Source: Takakia lepidozioides (taxonomy: Eukaryota; Plantae; Bryophyta). From it: a stretch of 64,000 nucleotides of DNA. Shown here piece by piece: positions 51,801 through 62,827 of the stretch. A program made the position numbers and the translations under genes. Location: the NCBI GenBank assembly GCA_030704615.1, contig CM060732.1:29388001-29452000 (forward strand). Direction: 5' to 3'. Numbering within the stretch: the stretch's first letter is position 1; each line of letters opens with the position of its first letter. The notes below the pieces were generated by a model. The model did not search any database, was not told the DNA's origin, and worked only from the letters and a program-made list of their open reading frames with translations.

Positions 51801-52885
51801 ACGGATTTCCTGCTGTCTTAGTTGAAGAAACGCATTTCGACGACGAAACCGGGCTGCTGCATATAAAACGAACCGACAGATGGTTGAACAACGCAAATCC
51901 ATGGATGTTAGTATCAGGAAGATGCAACCACTATTTGAAATTCATCGGTGCTTCCGGAAAAGACGCAAAGGCTCTAATATACAACATCACGGATTACATC
52001 ACAAAATCTTCCGTCTATACATCATACATGTATTCGCTCTTGCAAATAGCCGTAAAAAAGATCAAAACGACTTATGACGATCTATATTCCGAATATTCAG
52101 TTGAGAAAAGCCGCAAATTGTTGATCCGATGTTTAAACACGATCGGATCGCAACAAGAGATCTCGGCAACAAGGGCAGTCAGTTACCTTATGAAATATCC
52201 AGACCATTTGACAAACCGCCAGTTTGCATATCTACCGTGGTATAGTTTATCGGCATGGATTCGCGAACAAGAACAATCTCAATCGAACGAAGATGGAAAC
52301 AACGATATGAACAACATACATGACGATAACGACCCCAAAAACACCTTTAAAATGTTCAAAGTCGAAAGATCCAAGCATAATGACAAGTTGATTATGTATA
52401 ATTTCTGCATCGATTACCAAAGCAGACCACACAAGTTCGACGAAATGTCACCTTACGAGTTCTGCAGTAAATCGTGCAAAGTGAAAAACCCATACTACTA
52501 CAAATTCATGCATGAACATCCACAAAGTGACACCTACAGTGTATATGAATCTCAAGCAACCAAAGTGCCGGTAATACAAGGCTACAAAATACCTTCGAAA
52601 AAAAATGATGCGACAACGTACGCTCGCGCAATATGTATTTTATTCATGCCATGGAGATTTATCCACGACTTAAAGCCAAAATTACAACAAAGTTGGGAAG
52701 ACTCTCTCAACGAACTATATCCAATATGTTCGGAATTCAACAGAAAAATCATCGCAAATATCGACATGCTGCATGAATGCAAAGAATCACGAAACTCCGA
52801 CAAACTGTTATTGAAGAACGAAAATCCAGACGACGAAGAGAATGTAGAGGACATCAACATCGATCCCGGATCACCCTATAGATGG
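48900..52885 (+). mobile_element. Degenerate Helitron Rep region (DUF6570/Helentron-Helitron2-like)
   Basis: N-terminal KRREKYRFEHPPQTTEI repeats; CCVC; CKTC..PKFALANDLWIG..LTMVEEALIAR; Rep motifs FFTLNP, YE...GSLHIHTWLW (HUH), YNITDYITK; QEISA. Multiple frameshifts. Confidence 0.85.
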
Positions 52886-52889
52886 CTCA

Positions 52890-54010
52890 GTGATGCGAGC
52901 CAAGGCCATTGTGACAGACGCGGTCTCATACGATGTCCTGGTTGGTGGGGCAGTGTTGTACCCCATGGGCTTCACCCTGGATTTTTGGGAGGAGTCAGCT
53001 TCCTATAGGCCTGCATGGCAGTCAAGGGAGGGCCGGCGTGTGCAGCTCCCTGTGACGTTCATAGGAGGAGTTGTGGTTGCCCAGTGAGGCAAGATGCTAA
53101 CACTAGCAGCATTCACAGCGGCAGTGAGTTGGCCTGGAGAGTTGCTTGAGGGCAACGCTTATTCAGAGGATGTGCCATCTCCGGGAGAGCAGGATGACAT
53201 GTATGGTATGGCGGAATTGCCTACCATGGTTGCTCAGACTTCATTGTGGGGCACGAGCAAGGATTTGCAGCGGGATGCTGATCGACGGGTGCAACAAGCC
53301 TGGGTGGAGGCTTTTGTACCGTCAGGAGAGGAGGAGAGTGCGGGGATTGCACCAGGACCACCTCAGTTGTCTCCATTGGACACCACACCTATTGTGTGGC
53401 AGTATCCGGATGAAGGCATTTGTCTTCTGGACTTGTTTGGCGGGATCAGCACCGGATTGGCTGCTGTGTTACAGGCAGGTGTACGAGTTCGGCGTTACCT
53501 GTATGTGGAGAGGGGTCAGCAGTGTTGCTAGATGCAGCTACAGTGGGGTCACGGGCTCATCGTCCACGGCTATGGTGGACTAACTTGATGCCACCCGCAC
53601 TGCTCAAGCGTGCATTTGATGGGGTGCAGCGGCCAGCACATCTCACAGTGGATAGCATTCTGGACACAGGGAGGCAGTTTCAGCGTGTGAGACATGATGA
53701 CCGTTCGCCTTTGGCAGTGGTCAACAAGGTGGGTCAACCACGAGCAGCATTACCTACACTGCTCAGCTTCCCAGGATCGCATGCTTTCCGGGATAGTGGA
53801 CCTGGCCTCCTGTGGGATGCTCAGTTGCAGCAGTTAGTAGAGCCTAATGCTGACAAGCGTGAGCGAGCAATGGGTTTTACCACTAGTACCACGGCGGTGT
53901 CGTCTCTTTCTGAGGCATCACGTCGTCAGGTGTTGGGGCAAGCAATGGATCTCAATTGCTTGACCTGGATTATCAGCTTGGCTATGGCTGAGCAACGCCT
54001 TCAACAGGCT
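52890..54010 (+). mobile_element. LTR-retroelement pol fragment: aspartic protease C-terminus fused to an internally deleted DNMT3-like C5 cytosine methyltransferase
   Basis: YDVLVG..LYPMGFTLDF (retropepsin end); motif I LLDLFGGISTG; GVRVRRYLYVE; motif VIII LDAATVGSRAHRPRLWWTN; motif IX ERAMGF; motif X RRQVLGQAMD. Motifs IV and VI are missing at a frameshifting junction ~53514. Confidence 0.8.
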
Positions 54011-55095
54011 GAAAGCATGCTCCACATATGCATTGCTCTCACATAAGGGAAGTCAGCCCTTCCCTCTTCCTTGCTTGCCCTCCAAGCTTGAAGATGGAAG
54101 CTTCAATGAGTTGAATACATGCTCCACACATGCAACCTCTTCACACAAGAGGTATCAGCCCCCTATCTTGGCTCCTTAGCTCCTTGATGCTCTCTAAGAC
54201 AAGACTAAGCACTCCACAGCCCTTGCCAAGCTCCTGAAACCCTAAGGCTTACATTTCCAGCCACAAGACACTCCTCATGTGGTGCAAGAGCTCTTCTTCC
54301 AAGCTCTGAAACCCTAGGTGCCTTGCCGCACCTCTTAGCTCATGTTCCAGCCTTGCTCTTGCCATGATAAGAGCCCTCTCAATGCTGAAGCTCGAGATTG
54401 AAAACCCAATCTCAACATACTCCACAAAGTGCACTGATTTGCCCCAAGCCAAATCAGCCCTTTCGCTTGGTCTTGCATTCCCAAGTCCAGTTTTCAGCTT
54501 TGCCCACAAAGCCACTATAACCTGCTTTTGACTAGTCCTCTTCCCAATCGTGCTTGTTCATGCATGTACACAATTTGAGACCATCAAGGTGCTCTGGAAT
54601 TACCTGCAGCATAGTGCTTTCATCTCTGAAGCTGAAGATCAAATGCCAAGGTCTACCACCTCGTAACCCACATCGCCTCTGCTTCTAACAACCAAGAGCT
54701 CCACGGTGCTCTTTGCATAACAACCTGGTTTCTCTCATTCTTAAGCAAAAACCACAAGTGCTACAACTAACTCGTATCTGGCACTCACAGATACGAGCTT
54801 ATCTTTCTCGAGTGATAAAGAAGAAGAATACAAGCACAAGCTCATGCGAGCTCACAAAGCTGAAGCATAAACTCATGCATATATAACCTCATCACTCAAA
54901 TACAAGTCAAGCCAAGTGCACCCCACGCCATGGGGAATCCACACTACGGCGCCATAGCTAGGCGCGGTGAGGCTCAACTCGAGAAAGATGAGCCTCCCGC
55001 GCTTGCCGTGAAGATAACCACTCCAGGGCCTAAATCTGCCTTGATCCCTGGATTGACACTTGGGCCAATCCCAAATGTCAATATGTAAAAGCTAG

Positions 55096-55620
55096 CTATT
55101 TCCTAGCTAGTTTCACACTAGTGGTAAAATAACTTGACAGAGGCAATTGGTGTCCGCTGATTTTGAATTTCTTTGGTTTTTCTAGTTCATCCTCCGTGTG
55201 GTGATAATCGAACGTTCTTGAAATGGGTGTAATCGGCACTACATTGTTTGGGAGATTTTCTAGATTTATGTTGCTCAATGTTTGATGTTGACTGATGAAT
55301 TTGCTGAAGTCGATTAATACGTGATTTGGCGGGTGCATCAAGTTATCTTCCCGTACGATCCACTCGTCTTCTGTTGTCGAGATCCCCACTATTTCTCCGA
55401 CTGCACCATTTACAAGCCCCAATCTAGGATACAAATTGTCGGTGAGCATGACTGTCATTCCTTTGTACAATCTCAAAAATGGAAGAAGCTTGTGGCTTCT
55501 ACTCCCAGGTATGGTTTGTCGGATTGCGAATTGGCACTCGTCGCGGAGTGCGTGCTTCTTGTAGGTGTCTGTGGCTACTATGGTGTAGGATGCATGATTA
55601 GATTTACGTGTGTTATATTC
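55096..55620 (-). pseudogene. PIF1-family helicase C-terminal fragment (Helitron helicase)
   Basis: LRLYKGMTVMLTDNL...GLVNGAVGEIV and HQLPL are PIF1 2B-domain and motif V-region signatures. Confidence 0.8.
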
Positions 55621-55799
55621 TATCATCCATGAGATGTACCCTGAAGGAGACTGGGGGGAAGGATTTTGGTTGCCCCACAGCAACAGTGGACTGACAGACA
55701 TTTGGCTAGGATTTGGGTAGAAGTTTGGCAATTTCCAAACAACAAATTAGGGTAACAGGGCCTTGGGTGGTACTCAATTGCTTGTGGGTGGGTATGGGA

Positions 55800-56145
55800 A
55801 ACCGTGTTTGTTATGTGTGACATAGGTGCAGGACTAGAGGTTGTGTCACCGATGTGCCCTCAACACTTTCTATATGTTGCTGGCATGGCCAACCTTGCAA
55901 AGGTGCTTCTTGTGTCTATCTGTCCCTCCCTTCCATCATGCTTCATCTGCTTTTGTTTGCCTTTTCCTTACCCTATAGGTGATTGTTGATAAGTGGACTG
56001 TTTCAAGCTATGGCACTGGTTTCAGCAAGGGCAAAGAGGCTGCCAGTATATTCATCTTTTGTCAAACCACGGCAACTTAAGTAATTTATATGTTAAGGGA
56101 GAAGCAATCTAAACACTTTCTAATGTACAGGGGTCGTGCCTAGAG
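55800..56145 (+). pseudogene. RUS/DUF647 (root UVB sensitive) family gene fragments
   Basis: IGAGLEVVSPMCPQHFLYVAGMANLAK|GT, then AMALVSARAKRLPVYSSF..GNLSNLYVKGEAI* with a frameshift and a stop. Confidence 0.7.
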
Positions 56146-56339
56146 TGTGGATAAAACTGATGTGATTCCTACAAACCTTCTATTTGAAGGGCTCACTTAT
56201 CACCTGATCCAAGGTGGCTGAGGAGTTTCACCTAATATGCATGGCCACAATTGGGGCTGGAATGCATGAAAGGGCTGGAATGCATGATGTTGATGATCTC
56301 TGCACTTTAGTCCTCCACCTTATGCACTTGTAAAAGATC

Positions 56340-57060
56340 TAGCTGCGGTATCACTGCCACTCATACTAAAGTATGCTCTGGGCTGGTGGTCGCTGCCTCA
56401 GGGCATTTGGAGTTGGTGGAGACAGCACCCAGGCTTCACACACTCAAAGCTCTTCTCAGCCAACGGCCAAATGCTGAAGATCTTGAAGTGATGGAGATCT
56501 TGGAGATGAAGTGAGTGTCCCCCCAATGTTGTACAAATCAATATATTCACTTGTTGTTGCATAGTCAGATTTCAAGATGCCCTGCCCGATGATTCACTCC
56601 TCACCAGTCAGTTATCATGTAGCTCTTCATTCAATGTTTGCAGCTTCGATGGGGATGCCTGATATTTTTCACCTGTGCTTTGACACAAACTTCAATCGTT
56701 TCAGGAAGAGATGCCATGTATGTGGTACCTAGTGCTAGTGAGATTCATATTTCATGTTATGATAAGACGTCCTATCTTATGTAGCCCTTTGGAAATGTGG
56801 TTCTGGAAGGGATTCCTCCAATTGCCATCAGAAGAAAGCTACTTGACAGGGTTCTGAATATGAAACTGGCATATTGATCATGATATGGAGGGAGGGTTAT
56901 ACACATGAGATGATCTTGCTAACGACGTGCAAGCCAACAGTAGGTAGCTGAAAGATGCGTTGAAGGCCCTCCACGAGGTTAAGATTGGAAACTATTGGAG
57001 AGTTGTGGATAGGAAATTCATGGAGGGCCTGCTGGAGGTTATACTCCTGAGCATCAGTGG
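56340..57060 (+). pseudogene. DCC1 (sister chromatid cohesion) gene fragments
   Basis: GHLELVETAPRLHTLKALL and LYT*DDLANDVQA..LKDALKAL..VKIGNYWRVVDRKFM resemble plant DCC1; contains stops. Confidence 0.55.
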
Positions 57061-57363
57061 ACCTAAAGTACTTGCGAGAGGTAGAGGTGCTTCAAGTACT
57101 AAAGGGTGATAGGTATACATTCCATTAGGCCTGAGTGCACCTGCTCTTGGAGAAACAGGAAATATCCTGAATACACTGAGTGAACGTGGAGACCTGTTAT
57201 GAGCATTGAATATTTTTTCCCGTCTTTTGTGTTTTTTTTAATCTAGTTTGGTCTCCGATTAATTTTTGAAGTGTGTCTGGATGTACATCATACTTGCCCT
57301 GGAGGTCAAACAGTCACTTTTATGTCCACGCAAATAAATTTCCTAATGATCCTTCTTGTGCAG

Positions 57364-57500
57364 GTGAACCCTGAAAATGCGCCTCTAGTGGTTGGGCAAT
57401 TGCTGGATGATGGCCACCCCAAGGATTTCATCAAGGACCTTATCTTGTCTGTGTGCTCTTCACTGCCAGTGGAGGCACTGGTTGACGAGTGTGAGAAGAG
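57364..57500 (+). pseudogene. Single clathrin heavy chain exon
   Basis: VNPENAPLVVGQLLDD..P.DFIK.LILSV.S.LPVE.LVDECEKR bounded by CAG/GT; no neighbouring CHC exons seen. Confidence 0.85.
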
Positions 57501-58339
57501 GTAATAAATTGTCCCAAGGTGTCTTTATGTCATTATTAATCTGATTGTTTGTTCCTAGCATGATGTGTATGTCACAGTCAACTCTCAGGTTCTGCGCAAA
57601 ATGAAAACGCGTGGAAAGAGGGCACATTACCGACATGTTAAATGCATGTGGAATAACAATGCAATTTTCACAACAAATTTTGTGTTTCTCAAGGTCGGGA
57701 TGTTAGAGCCTGGAATATTGCACTGGATGTCTTCGACTGCACAGAGATGAACCGCACATTAAGCATCTCGCATACTAACATCCAGCATACTAACATGCTC
57801 CACTTGCATTTTTGAGGGTGGAAACTGGCAACTGAAGCCTGCACAGTGGTATATCATACCCATAGCTATTCATAATGATATCATCTTGACAACAATGGTC
57901 CATTCTGCTACACCTCATCTGAAGTCTATAGTTAGGTGGGACTGGTGACCACTGACAAACTACCAACTTCCCAATGCGCCTTGTCATATGATAAGAAATT
58001 GGATCAAGGAAATCAGTTCTTTATATATTTATATCGGTGTTTGTCTCTCTTTGCATCCCAGTGGAAGCTATTGCTGGAGGCTGGAAAGACTGCAGAGATA
58101 TGAAATGATTTTAGTAGCTTGGTTTGTGTAACCGCCTGCGACTCTTCAAATCTCTTTATTATTATTGTTATTTTCTGGTCCTCTTAAAATCTAAAAATAT
58201 TATAGCTGAACCCTCTAATAATCCCAAACAATGTATTTTCTCAGGGTCTCTGTCCCTTTTTTAAAATTTAGAAAAATATAATAATAATAATTTGTATTGA
58301 TAACCGTTATATGGGACCGGTAGTCTTCCACTTGGATAA

Positions 58340-60285
58340 GGCCCCGGCCGCACCTGGCTGCTAAGCGGCTTGCTAAGCTAGCTACCAGCCGTTAACGGCG
58401 TGGTGACGGCCGCACTTGCCCGTTACAACCCCCGCTAGTTAGCGGGCTCCTAGCTGCTGTTAAAGCTGACGTATGGGTTCCTCCGAAATTTAGCACGTCC
58501 TCCCCCAAGGTGGTAAATCGCGGTCACCGACTAAAATCGGGCAGTCGATCTTGCGCGCAACAGAGGTATGCAGCGACTCCCCTTCCCTGCGATCTCTTCC
58601 CTGCGATCTCTCCCTTTCCCCCTCCCTGCCCCTCTTCCCTCTCTCTCTGCCTCCCTCTCTTTCATCATCTCTCTCAATCCATCTCCTTCTATTCTTGTTC
58701 TTTCTTGTTTTTTGTATTTGTTTTTGGTTGTTTGTGTATTCATGGGGTGGGTGACTGCACAGCAAGGAGCGCGGGGCGGGCGCGAGCAAGTCACCGGCGA
58801 CCGCAGCTCAGTCAATGCAACTCGTTCGCAATTCAGTGAGTGCCATTTACATAGTGCTTTGTGCTTTCCACATGGAGTGCTTTGTGGCTGGTGCAATGGG
58901 CTTCCCTCCTGTTGTTCTTGTGGTCTCCACTGTTGGCGTCAGGCTTGAATTGAGGAATTGATCCACGCTCAGTCTTTGGGCAGCTGTTGGCTAGGCTTGT
59001 TGTTGGTTTCTTCTGTTTGAGAGGTGCTGGGTCAATTGCCATGTTGTATATGTACAGGTGGTTGTCCGGTTGTATTGATTTATTGTCACTTGCCATTAAA
59101 GTGGGTTAAATGACAATGAACATCATTGTTGGGTCTACTTAGTGGCTGGCTTACAATATCTGAAGCAAACATCCAAGCCAAGAACGATAGCAGATAGTGA
59201 AATGTCCAGGGATGGTGTGATTGACTTAAAAACTGATGAGGTCCAAACTTGCCAAAACAGATTGTACTCATAAGACGTTGTTTGCCGTAGCCTTGTGGCC
59301 ATTGACCCCGCGCCCAGTTTGAGTGGGAACAAAAGGAACAGAACCTACCTCCGTCAGGGGCTGACGTTGGTAGTAAGACTTACCATCATATAAGGAATTA
59401 ATCCGGGTTTTCCACCGCCATGAGTGGGAGGCTTGGAAGGCCTCCAATGCGCGTGGCAACATGATGTGCGACAAGGTAAAATGGGAGAGGGTAGTTGAAG
59501 TGTTGGAATCGCAGGGTGTGAGCGGGCGGGACGTTGCTGGGTGCACCACCAAGTGGCAGCATTTGTGCAAGCAGTACAAAGACATCCGGGGGCACCAACT
59601 CAATGCCACCGGCAACCAGGACTACTTCACAATGAGTTCCGATGAGCGCGTGGCGTTGGGACTTCCGAAGTCCTTCGCCAGGGACCTCTTTGAGGACATG
59701 AACTTCCTGGCTGAGCGTGCGTGCAACGCTCCCAAAGTGACATCAGCGAGCTTGAGGGTAACACCAATTGTTGCTCCTTTGCCCCCTGTAGACATAGATA
59801 CATCGTTGCCTCATATGGAAGAGGAAGTACTACCCTATGCTAATAATGAGGCTGCACCTGCTCTACCATCATTGGATGGGGTGGCCCATATGCGGGTAGA
59901 GCATGATGAGGCGCCGATTCTTGCACGGGGTCGGCCTCCAGTGATGGGCCGGGAGAGGTCTACCAACACCTCTCCCACACCTTTTACCAATTCGACGGGT
60001 AAGAAAAAGAAGGGAAGCACAACCAGTGCCGATCTACTCAAGGCCTTCAAGGAAGGGAATGAAGGTTTGTTCAAAAATATGGAGGAGGATAGGAAGGAGA
60101 GAATGGACAGGTTTGCCAAATCTTTTCAACTTCAAGATGACATCTTTAAATTTGAGGTTGAAAAAGCTAGAGCAACCTTAGCTACAGAGCAGGCAGCTTC
60201 AGGTAACCAGCGCACCATGGTGTCGCATTTTGGAAAGCTCGTTGAGCATTTTGGAAAGCTAGTTGAGAAGAAAGATGACGCCTAG
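58340..60285 (+). mobile_element. PIF/Harbinger-like element relic with a Myb/SANT (trihelix) ORF
   Basis: TAA then GGCCCCGGCCGCAC (Harbinger-like terminus) at 58337-58353. ORF 59461-60285 KWERV...GRDVAGCTTKWQHL..YKDI..DYFTMS; in-frame upstream extension has three stops (59362-59376). No DDE gene or second TIR recognised. Confidence 0.6.
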
Positions 60286-62199
60286 GGATGTAGGGGATGA
60301 CGCCTAGAAAGATACAGAATATGCAATCAAAGAACAGAACAAGCTGCATGTGACATATTCAAGTTGCTCTGTTTGTTTAAAGAGACAACTCTGACATTTT
60401 TGACAGATGTTTTTGTATCTCATACTTGTATTCATGCAACTGTGCTTTGAAGTACTGGACCTGACTGCTATGTTTCCTCATTAGACCCTTTTGCAGTGGC
60501 TGTGGGTTGTGTATTGTGCCAGACGCTCCATTGTCAATTTCAACATGTGATATCAGACCTTCAAGTGTGAACACACTTGAATCCACAGCCATGGATCCAA
60601 GACAAAAACAGGGCCAGAACTGGCCCCATAAACCTTGATACATAGATAGGCTACATCCAGGGTCATAGCAATGTGCACAGTGGCCTCTACGTCCCTTTGA
60701 GTTTGGTTCATAAATGCACACTATATCTCATTCCTGAATGCAGGTGCTTCTCAAAATGGTGGCCAGTTGTCATTGATCCTTCCAGATGACAAGAATGAGC
60801 CTATCAAAATCTGCAAATTGGGAATTTCTGATAGCTTCAACTAGAGACCATGAATGCAGAGCTCCATTAGCATTGTCATGTACAACTGGTGTTGTACCCC
60901 AAAATCTGAAAATCCACACCATTGTTCTAAATCTGGTCTAAGGGCCACTTAATACATGCCACCAACATGCGTGTGCAAAATGTGGTGGCGGGACTAATTT
61001 GGTCTTTTGTCCTGTGGATACTTTAGACATGGGCTGTCAATGGAAAATTAATGTCGTTTACAGCATTAATGTCTGGATTGTATCTCCAGTTGCTTAAACC
61101 ATTGTTGGTCTTCCTGACAAAGTATGAGAGTTTCTATGTGACTCATGATATAGTTCAGGGAGTATAGGTGACCAATTTGAACAATACAAAAGCACCAAAA
61201 GCACCTCATACTGTCAGTGTGTTGTGTTGTTTGAACACAGGTTGTTCACAAACAACTCCTGTCATTTGAAAGATTTTTGTAGCTATGGTGGTGGTATCCT
61301 TGTTTGATTGTGGCTGTAATTGATGCTACAGCTGTCTGGTTACCTGTTATGCTTTCCACAGAGAAGTCCAACATCACCTGACTTCACACATAAGTGCACA
61401 AACCAGGTCAAACTTGTTTCCCAAAGTAAAGAATGCTAGTTGAGGCCCAGGATGAAGGCATTAGAGAATGTAGGAAGATCCAGCACCTTGTTTCTGGGAG
61501 TGAGAGGCTGCCTAAATGGGTTCACTTGCACATGCTCAACAAAAGCCACATGATGAGTGACACATGGAAAATAAGTGCCTAGGGACCATAGCAGTTTTCA
61601 ATGAAAATAGCAGTAAGAGAATTCTTATCTTGACTAGGAAAGCGACCTACTAGGCAATGGATGTACACAAGCAAAGCACACACCTTACCACTGTGAACCA
61701 CTGACAATTTCACTTAAGTCAGCAACACACAAATACCTTTGGAACATGTTGTAGAACCAAAATGAAATAGGTCATACAAAGGCAGCAAGGTGCCAGAAAC
61801 ACCAACAAAAATTCCCAGAGGTGAGAACTGTAAAGGGGCACACAGAGAGAATTACAGGAAACGTAAGTCGTTCTGCATGAGCGAGGGCAATTGACTGCGC
61901 TGCCAAGATTGCCGCCTCTTCGCAATAATCTGTGAAGAATGCTGGCGGCCGAGTCCCTATCCCCTGACTTTTTAGTGGCCAGCCGTAGGTGTATCCAGCG
62001 TGGATCCGGGGTTCTAAAATACTTAGACTTAGATGCAGAGGAAGCGGGGATAGATTGTACTGACTCTGAGTCAGACTGAACTGTATTCTTTTAATATTCA
62101 TTTTCATACTATCTGGAAAACGTTGAATCCCCTTCCTCCACCGTAGTTGTTCCTTTAGAACAAATAATAATCACAGAATCAACGTTCATTTAAATTGCA

Positions 62200-62580
62200 A
62201 TATGTATGAATCCATCTCACAAACCTCCCTGACTCTTCTCATATCCATTGTGCATTCATCTACAGTGTATTCATGCGTGCTCTATTCATGAATTTTTTCC
62301 TTTGTTCAACATCCATTGTACATTCATCCTCTGCACTCTTGAATCCACCCCACAAACCTTCCACACTCATTTCATATACGTTGTGCATTCGTCAAAAGTT
62401 TTGGTCATGCATCTTCCTGTCATGAATTTTTGTCATTGCTCAACATCCATTATACATTAATCCATTTTACTCTTATCCATCCCTCATTCATCCATCTATA
62501 TTCATTTTTCACACTCATCCATCTGTTTATCATCCAACTATACATTCATCCATCCTTTATTCAATGCCTTTTATTATGTC
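62200..62580. repeat. CATCC/TTCAT-rich degenerate repeat tract upstream of the ParB-like gene
   Basis: Many TCATCC/TTCAT units; a reverse-orientation GGATGA tract occurs at ~36195-36280. Confidence 0.6.
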
Positions 62581-62827
62581 GTCCAGCTTGTTTCCGCGGT
62601 AAAGGGTGCCGATCCGCGGGAATACACTCCACTTCTTTTTGGGCGCGTGGTGACGCGGCCTTCACGTGTGATGACGTGGAGTGAGCCCCGTGACGTGGCA
62701 TTTGCGCAAGGTGACGTGGCGTGAGCGCAGTTGCGCTCACGCGCTCACATGACCAGGCTCACGTCGAGGCATCCCTGCTCCAGTTGGGGATGCTCCAGCT
62801 GCTCAGCCCCTACCGCCACCAGCAGAA

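Noticed and set aside
54010-55090. Possible LTR of the DNMT retroelement
   Set aside because: Looks TE-derived, but there is no second copy, PBS or TSD in the window, and RT and integrase are absent.
55116-55124. CACTA terminus (CACTAGTG)
   Set aside because: Single short match inside the helicase-coding fragment with no partner end.
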